From NCBI RefSeq assembly GCF_046119375.1, contig NW_027362770.1, positions 179,490,001 through 179,554,000 on the forward strand: a DNA stretch of 64,000 bases. Reading direction: 5' to 3'. This DNA is from Phyllobates terribilis (taxonomy: Eukaryota). The notes under the pieces were generated by a model, which did not search any database, was not told the origin of the DNA, and saw nothing but the letters and a program-made list of their open reading frames with translations. Positions 1 to 12,275 of the stretch are shown here, in pieces. Positions within the stretch are counted from its first letter, which is position 1. Each line of letters opens with the position of its first letter. A program made the translations under genes and the position numbers.

Positions 1-2090
1 GCAAGCTTGCCTTGGCCTACGGGCTCTAACAGGTTCGCACCGTTATCGCACAAGGCCTTCCCTGGCTCTAGGTTCAGTGGAGACAGCCATTGCTCAAACT
101 GAGCCTGGAGAGCTGCCCACAACTCTTCACCTGTATGACCGCGATCTCCAGGGCATATTAATTTTAAGACTGCCTGATTACGGTGAGCCCTGACTGCGCA
201 GTACGGAGGTGGTGTGTATTCGCTCCGCACCCTTGGAACGCGTGTATTGTTAAGGCAGAGGATGAGTGCACAGGTGGAGGCCCTAGAGGAGGAGGAGGAC
301 GCAGAAGCAGTGGAGGAATGGGAAATACAGAGGTTTCTTCTGCAAGCCTTGGGAATTCCAAGATTTGTGGAGTAGCCCCTTCGCCGCTGCCCCCACAGCC
401 ACCAGAGTCACCCAGTGCCCAGTCAGCGAGATGTAACGCTCTTGGCCATGCTTACTTGTCCAGGTGTCTGTGGTGAAATGCACCCTGGCACACGTAGATT
501 TAGACAAGGAATGGGTGATGTTGTCTGCGACATGCTAGTGTAGCGCAGGCACAGCTAGCTTTCTTAGAGAAGTAATGGCGACTGGGCAATTGGTATTGGG
601 GGACTGCGACGGCCATCAGTTTTCGGAAACCAATTGTATCTACCAGGCGGAAAGGCAGCATTTCCGTGGCCAACAGATTGGAGATGGTGGAGTTCAACCT
701 CTTAGCTTTGTCATGCGTAGGATGAAACAATCTTTTATGTGACCACAACGCAGGACCGAGGGCTGGCTAAGGTGCTGAGAGAGGGCGGAGTATGGTGAAC
801 TGGAAAAACTGGTGAAGCGTGAGTGAGGTGCAGATGTTAGGGTGGATTGAGAAACATGCGATGTGCTCGGTGAAACAAAAACAGCAGGGTTGTCCGCTTT
901 CGTTACTGCTAACGGGCTGTCACTCAACCTGACTGGAGTGGGTAAAGAACTGGAGTTTCTGCGATGGGAGACCTGCGTGACAATACTTGGCACGGTAACA
1001 GAGGAGGCGGAAGAAGCAGTGGATGCGTTTGATGGGGCAGCTAATGGTTGTTGAGGTCCGCTGGTCCGCATTTCAGCATGGTAAGATTCCCAGCGTAAAG
1101 AATGTTGTTTGAGCATGTGAATGTTCATGAATGTAGGCAAATTATTGCAATTTTTCCCTCTACTGAGGTTTTTATCGCAAAGATTGCAGATAACGTGAGT
1201 TGGCTCATCCTTTGCAGTGACAAAAAAGGCCCATGCTAGGCAACCCTTGCTGCTCCTGTGAGCTGCAGACCCGTGACTGCTGCTGGCCACAGCCACGGTT
1301 GTGGCTAAGGATGCAATGCTCCTCGTGCTTGCTTCACTCTGTGTCTGCGCCATAGGGCGAAATGTAACCTCCTCGTCTTCCTCCTCCACCTCCTCAGATG
1401 AGCTACTCGGCTGTGTGACTCTGGGTTCACACCAAGTAGGATCTTCAACCTTGTTATCATCCAATGTGTCATTCCATTCCTCGGCCTCAGAGTGACCCCT
1501 CTCCTCTTGTTGCCCTGACAGCACAGTACAGTCGGCATGAGCCTCAGGTTTCTGAGTCTCATCGGGATCACCTCCCTCCCCTGCGGTTAACTTCTGGTGA
1601 CGAGGGTCAGGAACCTGCTCGGACCCTACTTCGTCCTCCCCCGAATCCAAGCTAAAAACTTTTGGGCATCGGTGCAGATGCATTCCTCACCTTGACTCTG
1701 TGACTGTTTGGGGTACACTTCTGATGCCCATGGTGTAGAATGGGTGAAAAGTTGTACAGACTCGCCCATCTGTGGTTCGCTACAGTCAGTTGGGCAGTTG
1801 GCCAGTTGTGACGTGGCGTCAAGCATTGGTAATTGGGGTGCCACCTCTGTGGACTGTACTGTGTGTGATGTTGAGGTGGAGGAAGAAGAGGAGAGGGCAC
1901 TGGAAGCAGAGGCTTACCATCCACTGGAGCACCTGCTCTTTCTGGGCCTGATCAACACCAAGCCTATTCCCCCTTCCACCATGCACTCTCTTTTTACCAC
2001 TCATGTTGGTCAGATACAGTGGCAGGAGCATGCAATTAACTAAAGAAAAATATGTTTTTTTCCTGTGCAATAGCTCAGCACACACCTGAA
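1..2090 (-). pseudogene. Decayed hAT (Ac-like) transposase with N-terminal BED zinc finger
   Basis: Minus-strand ORF fragments carry a BED finger (AWAFF...VICNLCDKNLSRG...HMLKQH), SKLNSTISNLLATEMLPF-like and VHFTTDTWTSKHGQERYISLTGHW (first catalytic D). Manual translation of 1-170 gives EELWAAL...CDNGANL. Broken by frameshifts and cut off by the window start. Confidence 0.85.
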
Positions 2091-2405
2091 TTTCAGCGAC
2101 TCTAAATGACAAGGTAAGATATGGCCTGCCGTATAATGTTACTAACAGACAAAAGAAATTTGTTAGTGTGCATGAGGTCGATAAAACCTGCGAGATATTC
2201 TCAAAACAATTTCAAATTGAGATGTCCCTTGCTGTATTACTTTACGAACAGAAGAAATTTTTATTTGAATGCGGATGAGGCCAGTATGACATAGAATATA
2301 TGCTCCAAAATATTTCAAACTCAGATCTAGCCAGCTGTGTCACTTTACTCAGAGCAAACAATATTTTTGGGTTACTCTGCATAAGCTCTGCGTCCAGCTG
2401 ACTTT

Positions 2406-2742
2406 GACCGCCACTGACGTAGTAGCTAGGTTATAGCACTGTATGACTTTTGGCACAGGAAAAAATATTTTTTGGACTGGGCCTAGTAAGAGAAGTTTTT
2501 TGTTGTTTTTTTTACTATGAAACCGGGACAAGTTCAACGCCACTAAAATAGGATGTGCCTTTTAGCAGACTGGATCAACTTTGCCACAGTAAAAAACCTT
2601 TGTTGCCTGCCAACCAAAAATGTATATAGGTTTGACTGTGCGTACAAGCTGAATTTTACCGCCACTGACGTAGTAGCTGTCTTATAGCGCTGTATGACTT
2701 TTGGTACAGGAAAAAATATTTTTTGGACTGGGCGTAGCAAGA
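2406..2742 (+). repeat. About 80-bp direct repeat (2406-2485 and 2659-2742) upstream of the hAT transposase
   Basis: ACCGCCACTGACGTAGTAGCT...TATGACTTTT..CAGGAAAAAATATTTTTTGGACTGGGC occurs twice about 250 bp apart. Confidence 0.8.
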
Positions 2743-2890
2743 CCGGGTCACGGACCGGGTCACCGCCACTGTGACATCACCCCTAGCAATGACCGGCCCG
2801 TCACCGAGTACCCTACGGCCCAGGGGGCGCATCATGGGCTTAAGGTGTGATCTGTAAATCAGCCCCTAAGCCACCTCAAAGAGGGGGAGA

Positions 2891-4125
2891 TGTCATGGAG
2901 ATATTACGAAAGTATTAACAATTTCTCCCAAACCCCTCATTCCCCCTCCCCTATTGTAATTGTCAAAGGACCAAGAGCTAACACTTGGACCATCTTCTCA
3001 TATGCTAATTGACACACACAGCAGTAGTGACTTGTAAACAAATGCCAGCCAAGAGGTGCTACAACCCAATTAAAATGTGAGTGTATTTTCCCCTGGCAGA
3101 GGGATAAATTTACATGTAGCTGAGGAAGTTCTATTCCCAGGACGTCAAAGGGAATCTAACCGAAGTCTCCAGACTTTTGGGCACAGACACGAAATACTGA
3201 ATATTGTAAGTTCCATAATTCTGAAATAATGGGACCTATATTTTTAGTGACAGGGTCAGCTAAGGAACAATATAGATATTTTCCCATCACTGTAAGCCCC
3301 TCCAGGGAGCTGTAGAGAAAAAGTGAAAGAATAACGGATCGCAGCTACACCATGTGTGGTCTCTAGAGAAAGGTAAAATCATAATGTAAAATATGGCATC
3401 GCTTGCAAGCCTCTGCGATCAACCAGTGATAAGTTATCACAAAAACCAGATATCTTAATGAAAATGTGGAGGCTGGAGTCTAGCCCACGTGATGTCAGCA
3501 CAAGGGGTGCGTGGTCAGGTCTCCCCTTAGGCATAAAAGAATCCACGGAGGATGGATCAGTGCTCATGGTGGACGTTTCATATTTTGTGTAGCACTGGTC
3601 ACGTTCGCTGAACGGGCATCGGAGTGCTTCCCTCCACCTATACTGAATCGTCTCAGTGATATTTATAGTAAGTTTTCTTTAATCCTGTTTATTTTGTGAA
3701 ACTGTATATTCTGTACTGTATTGTCCCCTTTGTAAAATCTTTGTATATTTTTCATAACACTGCCTCCCTTTTGGATTAAACCTAAAATGTTCTGTTTCTT
3801 TTGTCCTGTAATCGTTCCTTCCCCCGAAGCCATACACTACCAGAATCCAGGCCTGTATTATATTTCAAACTCGGCCGGTGGTGGCAGCGAATAATAATAA
3901 TTGGGCTATCATGAATTTGGCATTGACCGCACGGGGCGTGTACACATATTCCATGCATTGGAATCAGGAGGTGTGACGCCATACGCTCACTGGTCGCTTG
4001 CCAATAGCTACGTAGTGAGTAGTCGGGATCGTGGGCTCGCAAATCCCTGACGAAATCTAGACAGAGTGACGGCAACGGTGAGATATTGTGTGATCTCCCC
4101 GGTGTCGTCACTGTGAACCCTGACA
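2891..4125 (+). mobile_element. Probable 3' LTR of an LTR retroelement, preceded by a polypurine tract
   Basis: AAAGAGGGGGAGA lies immediately before TGTCA at 2891, and the stretch ends in TGACA at 4121-4125 (TG...CA with a 5-bp IR). No TSD and no internal coding region. Confidence 0.4.
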
Positions 4126-5129
4126 CTGTCACTCTCCAGTCATTTTTTCACTCTATTGAATAATGAAGAAACCATTAGGATTTTTTTTAAGCAAAAACGA
4201 CAACAAAACTCTCCAAAAAGCGAGCGATTGCCTTCTGGGCATTTTTTCAGCTTTAACATTGATTTGTATTGTAAAGTAACAGCGTCTTGCAAGCAGTGAA
4301 CTTCAGATTGATGGACCAGTCACTTCTTTTATCTGCTTGGTGTTTTTAGAAATTTGAATTGGTTAAAAGATGTTCAAAAGCCTGAATATGTGCAAAGCAA
4401 GTCACTTCTAAATAGCATGGAATATGGTCATTCTTTTTGAACATTTGTTGAGTTTTTTTCAGGCAGTTTCCACAGTGGAATCTGTCTGAAAAAGACGTAT
4501 GCACAGACCACTCAGTAACTTTTCCTGGATTGTCAGGATTCCCATAGTATTTGTTTTAATTTGCCAACAATATTGGGGTATTATTCAGTCTTTGTCTGGT
4601 CATGTTATTCAGTATAGTGTTAATAATTATTCAGTCTTTGTATGATGGTTGTCCAATCCTAGCAAGGTGGTGTTCATATGATAGTACTATTTAGTCATGG
4701 TGTGGGTGTGTTACTCACAGTATGGTGGTTTTATTAGGAAATGATATACAGAGACTGAATATAGCGGTATTATTCAGTCATTTATTAGTATGTGCTCAAG
4801 AAGAGCAGATGATTAGGACAACAATCCACACCACTGAACACCAGGACCAGGCTGATTGCTGGGATGCTGTCACGGGTGTATCAGGTGTGATAGTGTGAAC
4901 AGTCGTTCTGGATCCGGCTGTAGAACTCGTGATCAATTGTAAACAATAGTTTTGTTATTGAGGTTCTCCTTTGTTATCACTGACCAATTCACATTGCTCT
5001 CGAATAGACATGAGCATACCATACCAATAATCGGTTAGTATAAATGGGCCTTTAATCAGGGAGCATTTATGATCAGTGCCTAGGGCAGAATGAACTGTAA
5101 ATACGGCACTGGCTTTGACGAATTCTTTT

Positions 5130-6245
5130 TAACCTCTTTATTAATGACCTAGTGGATGGGATTAAGAGTAAAGTGGCAGTCTTTGCTGATGACACCAAAC
5201 TATGTAGGATATTAAAATCTGATCTTGACATAATGATATTGCAGAACTATCTGGATAAGATGACTGAATGTGCAAACACTTGGCAGATGAGGTTTAATGT
5301 AAATAAATGTAGAGCAATGCACCTAGGACCGAGTTCGCATTTGTCTTGAGTCGTCTAAAGCTAAGCATTCTTCCCCTGTTTGTCTACCCTTGTCTATAGA
5401 GTTTAGCAGCGATCGAATAGTGCTCATCTCCTCCCATCCCTAGCCTTAGCCATTCGCCAGGGAAAGACAGGGCAAGGCATGCGGGCGGCGATTGCTAAGG
5501 AGGCAATACAGGGACGTTAGTTGAGACAGGGTGACACTAGACCAGGCTGCGAGGTCTCCACTCTCCCCTTTCCCTAGAGTCTGGGCTCCCTTTCCCTCTT
5601 CCCTCTGTGTTGCACTATGTCTTTCCCACACCTGGCGTGACAGATGACCAGCAGTACTCAACGTCCTGCTATCCCAACGTATTGTTACCCCTTCATAAAT
5701 CACTGGTGAGGTCACATCTGGAATATGGGATCCAGTTTTGGGCTCCACATTTTAAAAAGGATGTTCAGAAGTTAGAGTCAGTTCAAAGGCGGCAACTAGT
5801 TAATACAAGGGATGGAGGCCTCACATATGAGGAGAGGTTGGAAAACTTTAGCTTGTTTAGCTTAAAAAAACAAAGCCTCAGAGCAGATCTCATTTACATG
5901 TATAAATATATGTGTGGTCAGTAAAAAAAGGACTGGCACATGACTTATTCCTTCTAAAGACCATAGTAAGGACCAGGGGGCACTCATTACGGGTGGAAGA
6001 AAGGCGATTCCGGCACCTAAATAGGAAAGGGTTCTTTACAGTCAGAGCAGTCAGATTGTGGAAAGCCGACCACAAGAGGTAGTGATGGCTGAGATTATAA
6101 CATCTTTTATAGAAGGGCTCGATGATTTCCTCGATACACATAACATTGTGGGTTACAGTTAAATTAGACAAAATGTACAATTGGGGGAGGAAGGTTGAAC
6201 TTGATGGACCGGAGTCTTTATTCGACCTACGTTACTATGTTACTA
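5130..6245 (+). mobile_element. CR1 LINE 3' fragment, interrupted by an LTR-like piece (about 5350-5642)
   Basis: FADDTKLCR RT motif; PLHKSLVRSHLEYGIQFWAPHFKKD C-terminal block; TACTATGT-repeat tail near 6230-6247. The insert ends in CGTGACA. Confidence 0.85.
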
Positions 6246-7049
6246 TGTGGAGAGAAACACAGACAATGCTGCTCCTAGGTCTAGTTCTCAGAGCTGGATT
6301 CACTGGTACACTGCTCAGTCCTGATTTATTGCGTCCTCCATGCTGCTGCTTCTAAGACAGGGGAATAGGAATCCCTTGTGTCTGTATGTGCTATATATGG
6401 GGAACATGATGGCAGATAGTCTCCATCCACTAGTTTGGAATCAATGAAAAATGATAAATAGAGGCCGCAGAAGGTAAAGCTGCTGAAAAAGGCAGGATAC
6501 AAGTCAGGAAATAACCAGAAAAAGTGTTGTTCCTCATGGACACACATGACAGCTTACTCTGTACAACAACATGTACACTTTAAAACACACATTTATATAT
6601 TACAGGATTGTATAATGAGGAGAGCAGTAAAATAGTTATTGACTACAATACAGGCGATCAACAAGTGTCTGAATGAATGGTGACCCTGATCTCAGGAGCT
6701 TACACTCTAAGGCCTTATTCCCATGTCAGTATTAGGTCACTATTTTGCATCAGGATTTTCTGCAATAAAATCAGGGGTGAAAGTTACAGAGAAATATTAT
6801 CATTCAAATTTTCTCACCTCTTACATATTTCACAGCTACTCCTGGTTTGGGTTTACAAATACTGAAGAAATACTGACCAAAATTACTGATGTGTTAATAA
6901 GACCTAGGGAGAGACAGAGTATGGATCAATTTACTTCACTGTAACTGTAGACTGGTGTCATTTCTTATCTCAGCTTATAGGGTTAATAGACGTCACTCAG
7001 CCGCAGGTCATGCAGCGTTATATGTGCTGGGACACGCCCTGTAACTTAC

Positions 7050-7062
7050 ACTTTCAGTTTCC
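7050..7062 (-). promoter_or_regulatory. IRF-E/ISRE-like element upstream of TRIM copy 1
   Basis: ACTTTCAGTTTCC reads GGAAACTGAAAGT on the minus strand and matches GAAANNGAAA. It is conserved in copy 2. It could alternatively be a splice-acceptor pyrimidine tract. Confidence 0.5.
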
Positions 7063-7083
7063 TTTCTTGTAAATCCTGAAGCC

Positions 7084-8715
7084 ATGGCGTCTGCTGATCT
7101 AAGAGGAGAGCTGGAATGTTCCATCTGTCTGACCCTGTATACAGATCCCGTAACCCTGAGATGTGGACACAACTTCTGCCGGGTCTGTATTGATGAGGTC
7201 CTGAGTGCACAGGACGGGCCTGAAGTTTATTCCTGTCCTGAATGTAGAGCAGTGTTCCTGGAGCGGCCAACACTGATGAGGAACCTAACTCTACGTAATG
7301 TAGCCGAACGTTTCCTGATTACTGAGTCTCATCAGGAGGAGATCACCGGGATCTGCTGCACTTACTGTGTGGACTCTCCGGTACCTGCTGTTAGATCCTG
7401 TCTACACTGTGAGGCTTCTCTGTGTGATAATCACCTGAGGTCTCACAGCATAGGACCAGAACACGTCCTCACTGATCCCAGCACTTCTCTGGAGAACTGG
7501 AAATGTTCCATCCATAAGAAGATCCTGGAATATTACTGCACTGAGGACGCTGCTTGTATCTGTGTGTCCTGCAGTTTGACTGGAGAACATCGGGGACATC
7601 AGGTGGAGATGCTGGATGAGGCCTCTGAGAAGAAGAAGAAGAAACTGAGGAATGTTCTCCAGAAACTGACAAAAAAGAGAAAGAAGACCAAGGAAAGAGT
7701 CCGGAGTCTGGAGGAACGCAGGAGAAAAGCTCAAGACAAAGCATCCGGAGAAGCCGAGAGAGTCACTGCCCTGTGTACAGACATCAGGAGACGGGTGGAC
7801 GACCTGGAGAAGAAGGTCCTGAGTGACATCTCCAGGCAGGAAGAGAAGATGTCACTGTCACTGTCTGCTCTGATCCATCAGCTGGAGATAAAGAAGGACG
7901 AGCTGTCCAGGAAGATGAGGCACATTGAGGAGCTGTGTAACATGACTGATCCACTGACTGTCTTACAGGAACCGGACACCGGTGACTTGTGTGATCCTGA
8001 GGAGGAGGAAGGTGATGAGGACACAGGGGGACATGATGGAGGTGATGAGGACACAGGAGGACATGATGGAGGTGATCGGGGTGTGGAGCTGATCTCACAC
8101 ATATCACACACATTATCTGCTATGATAAGAGATATAAATGTGATCTTCTATGTGCAGGATCCTGCAGACATATTACTGGATGTCAACACGGCTGCTAATA
8201 ATCTCCTTATATCAGACGACCTGAAAACTGCGACCTGGACGAGAATAACAGAGAATCGTCCAGAAACAGCAGAGAGATTCCAGTATAATCAGGTGATGAG
8301 CAGGAGGGGATTTACCTCAGGACGACATTACTGGGATGTGGAGATCAGGGGGTCAGGATGGTGGATTGTGGGGATGTGTTATCCCAGTATAGACAGGAGG
8401 GGGCTTCAGTCACTCATTGGATATAATAACAAGTCCTGGTGTTTACATAGAGAGAGGTGGTTTAGTAATCCGTGTTCAGTGAGACATGACAGTAAAGTGA
8501 TCCAGTTACCTGATGAGATCTCCAGTGATAGAGTCAGGATATGTCTGGATTATGAGGCCGGGCAGCTGTCCTTTTATGAGCTGTGTGACCCCATCAGACA
8601 CTTACATACCTTCACTGCCGCCTTCACCGAGCCCCTTCATGCTCTATTACATGTATTTAATGGTTCTATAAAGATATCAGGGGGAGCAGCAGGTGGGAAA
8701 ACTGAAAGAATCTGA
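7084..8715 (+). CDS. TRIM E3 ubiquitin ligase (RING, B-box1, B-box2, coiled coil, PRY-SPRY); TRIM25/39-like amphibian-type family, 543 aa
   Basis: Uninterrupted ORF with Kozak-like GCCATGG. C3HC4 RING (CSIC..CGHNFCRVC..CPEC), two B-boxes, LLDVNTA, GRHYWDV and LDYEAGQLSFY SPRY motifs. Confidence 0.95.
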   Translation: MASADLRGELECSICLTLYTDPVTLRCGHNFCRVCIDEVLSAQDGPEVYSCPECRAVFLERPTLMRNLTLRNVAERFLITESHQEEITGICCTYCVDSPVPAVRSCLHCEASLCDNHLRSHSIGPEHVLTDPSTSLENWKCSIHKKILEYYCTEDAACICVSCSLTGEHRGHQVEMLDEASEKKKKKLRNVLQKLTKKRKKTKERVRSLEERRRKAQDKASGEAERVTALCTDIRRRVDDLEKKVLSDISRQEEKMSLSLSALIHQLEIKKDELSRKMRHIEELCNMTDPLTVLQEPDTGDLCDPEEEEGDEDTGGHDGGDEDTGGHDGGDRGVELISHISHTLSAMIRDINVIFYVQDPADILLDVNTAANNLLISDDLKTATWTRITENRPETAERFQYNQVMSRRGFTSGRHYWDVEIRGSGWWIVGMCYPSIDRRGLQSLIGYNNKSWCLHRERWFSNPCSVRHDSKVIQLPDEISSDRVRICLDYEAGQLSFYELCDPIRHLHTFTAAFTEPLHALLHVFNGSIKISGGAAGGKTERI

Positions 8716-10612
8716 TTGATGGAGAACGTGGCCTGTTGGATGCAGCAGGTTTTAGGAATCTTCTTCTTTCCCTTCTTATTTGACAATTATAGGAGTTTTC
8801 TTACAATTACAGCACATTGATCTCTTCTATTGGATCAGGTTAAATAATGAAAATGTTCTTTCTAACGTCATTAAATAGAAGGGAACCTACAGAACCCGGA
8901 GAAGGTTATTAAAGGGTGTTTTCCTGGGCTGTATAAATAAGGCATACATAATAGGTTCCAACATGTCTGTTTTCTGTGTGAAAACCAAACCTGCCCATGG
9001 GTTGTGCCGAATATTACAGGCTGACTCCATGAAAAAGAATAAATCTGAGTTGCAATACCACATACAACCTGTAGTCAGGTGTGGTGCTGTTACTATTTAA
9101 AAAAAAAAGCATATTTGATTTTCTAATTATGGACAATATTCTTAAAATGTAAAATAATTAAATATTTATTTTGCGCCATTCATTGCTGATCCCCGACCTT
9201 TCTCATTACAATCTGTAGATAAACATTGTGGCATCTAATGGTCAGTGTTCTTGTGGTGTCACATTATTGACCACATGTTATCACACAACATTTTATAAAC
9301 CGGAAGGATCTCGGACTAATGGGATCAGCAGTGCCAGAAGGGAACGCAGTAAATTAAAGGACAAATACAGTGATTTTTTTTTATTTGCCCCTTTGTTAGG
9401 TATCATGTCCTATGTAAGTGTCATGAAGGCAGTAACATACTCAACGATTGCCGTTTTCTGCCGGTGTTAGTGGCGCTGCTGTCACGTGATGCAGAAATGG
9501 ATCAGACACTGGGAAAGGACGGTGACCGGTGAGTTTGATACAACCTTTATGACAGGCAGAAAGTTGCCAGTTAGTGGTGGGGACGTGGTTGGACTACCTG
9601 GCAGCAGGCCAAGTTCTCCTCTATTGATGATCTCCTGATTTTATTAAAACTACATTGAGCAGCCAAGTAAGTGACACTTCACTGGAATCAGGGTCTCTGC
9701 CCCTACATTGTGCTACTATGAGATTAGGTAAGAAAAAACAGAGAAAAATTCCCTTTAATTTAAGTAAGGTATTTTACTACAAGCAAATTCAGCAATTGTT
9801 ACAAACATATAATTTTCATTTTGTTGTTGCCAATTTTTAGTTATTATTTTTAGTTATTATAATGTATAAAACATTATTGGGTAACTATAAAAACACATTT
9901 AGATCTTTGTAATATTGTCATTTACAGCTTACATTATGGCAATGATCACATGCGTCCTTTTTACCAGCTTAAAATTGACAAGAAAATATGTCACCTTTAC
10001 AATAGAAAACAGCATAAACCTCACGTGAACACAGCCTATAACTAACAATAATAGGAAATGTATTTACTCCTGATTTTCCTTTCTGGTCATTTTACTGATA
10101 ATTATTTATACCCAGTATGTAACAATGGTCATATATCACTGATCAGATGATAAATCCATACACAAGATTGTAAATTCAGATTCTGATACTTAGAGATATT
10201 GGGACACTCATTGTGGCTGCCGCAGGATCCACCGTATGTTGGTTTGTCATCAGTTGCCGAGAATTTACCAGAAAAGTGACGACCAAAATAGAGGTGGATT
10301 CAGTTTTCTATTTTTAAAAAAAATTATTTTGCTTGGTTTTGAACATCTGTTCATGTTGTTCTCACCTTTGACCCATATTTTAAATGTCTTTGTTACAATC
10401 AGGAGGGATCTGTTGACTTCCTTTTTACATTTGCATACCTAATAAAATGTATTTTTTTACATTGAAATCATTCTACAGTGTCTTCTTGCTTGGGCTTAGT
10501 TACTCCATTTTTCTTGTAGGTGTTGACTTTATTGGGAGAGCCCTTATACCTAACCATTATGGTGTATTTACACTCCCATGATTTTCGGTATTTTCGTATT
10601 TAAGTAGTTTGA

Positions 10613-11412
10613 GGCTGCGTGCCCACGTTGCGGATTACAAGCGTTTTTGATGTGGAATTTCCGCAGCGTAAACGCTTGTAAAACGCATGTATATCCGCAC
10701 CCCATGGTCCCCAATGGCATTATGCAATGTCAATGCCCATGCTGCGGATTTTTCCGCAGCGTATATGCTGCGGTCAAAAATCCGCAGCATGTTCATTAAT
10801 TTTGCGTTTCCGCATGCGGAATCAATGTGCGGATGGTACCCAAGTCTGGAGAAGAGGAGACTCTCATCCAGACCTGGGTACCAAAGAACCTGTAAAAAAA
10901 AGAATAAAATAAAGTTTATACTTATCTTCTGATGTTTTCCCTCCGTCGCGCTGTTGTGTGAAGGACCTGCCACGTCATGAGTCATGCGACCCATCACATG
11001 ACTCAATGACGTCACCGCAGGTCGTGCATACAACAGCGTGAGCAGCTCAAGACTCCGGACGGGGCAGAGAATGCATCGGAAGGTGAGTATAAACTTTATT
11101 TTTTTATTTTTTACTATTCTGATTCTTTTTTTTTAACTATTACTGGTCACACTATAAAAATCCATGCCGGTTGCCGTTTGCATGGATTTATATAGTGTGA
11201 ACAAGTTGTCAAGCACTTTTCCAAGTGATGCTAAAATCACTTGGAGAAGTGCTTGATAACCCGCATGCGGAAATGCATGCAAAGACGCTGCAAAGACGCC
11301 TCACAAACGCTTCTACCTGGCGGGAAAACCGCATGTAAAATCCGCATGCGATTTTCCCGCCAGGGAGAAGCGTAAAAAATATGCTTCAGTTCCGCAACGT
11401 GGGCACATAGCC
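10613..11412. mobile_element. PIF/Harbinger-type MITE
   Basis: TIRs GGCTGCGTGCCCACGTTGCGGA / TCCGCAACGTGGGCACATAGCC; identical 3-bp flanks TGA (10610-10612 and 11413-11415). Confidence 0.85.
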
Positions 11413-11415
11413 TGA

Positions 11416-12275
11416 GTGTTGCAGTAGTCCCGGTGGTGTTGAGGTGGCAGTTGGGTCATTGCAGTTTGTAGGCTTTTTTGAAGAGATGGGTTTTCAGGTT
11501 CTGTCTGAAGGATCCGAATGTGGCAGATAATCAGATGTGTTGGGGCACAGAATTCCAGAGAATGTGGGGATATTCGGGAGAAATCTTGATGGCTATTGGA
11601 TGAGTAATGAACAAGTGTGGAGGAGAGAAGGAGGTCTTGGGAGGACCGGAGATTGCGTGAGGGAAGATATCGGGAAATTCGTTTGGAGATGTTCGAAGGA
11701 GACCGGTTATGGATGGCTTTGTAGGTCAGTGTTAGTAGTTTGACCTGGATATGTTTGGGAATTGGGAGCCAATGAAGAGATTTGCAAAGCAGAGGAGTAG
11801 CGAGGGATGTGATGAAATAGTCGCGTATCAGAGTTAAGGGCGGACTGAAGAGGTTGCAAAGTGTTAGCAGGTAGGCCACCGAGGAGGATGTTGCAGTAGT
11901 CAAGGTGGGAAATGATGAGGGCATGCACAAGCAGTTTAGTAGATTGAGGGTTGAGGAAAGGAAGGTGGAGAGAGCTTGGATGTGCGGTTTCAAGGATGGG
12001 GCAGAGTCAAGGGTTACTCCAAGGCAGCGGATTTTCAGTACAGGGGAAAGAGTGATGTCGTTTATTGTTATAGATAGATCAGGTGGGGAAGATATGCGAG
12101 ATTGAGGAAAGATAATGAGTTCAGATTTGTCCACATTGAGCTTGAGGAAGTGAGAGGAGAAGAAGGAGGATGTGGCTGATAGACATTCCGGGATTCTGGA
12201 CAGCAGAGAGGTGACGTCTGGGCCAGAGAGGGAGATCTGGGTGTCATCAGTATATAGGTGGCACTGGAAGCCATG
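11416..12275 (-). mobile_element. L2-clade LINE RT C-terminal fragment
   Basis: ORF fragments DKSELIIFP..RCLGVTLDS, HALIISHLDYCNILLGGLP and KSLHWLPI..KLLTLTYKAIH. Confidence 0.85.

Noticed and set aside
694-1683. Domesticated ZBED-type host gene
   Set aside because: The surrounding transposase is broken by several frameshifts, so a TE relic is the simpler explanation.
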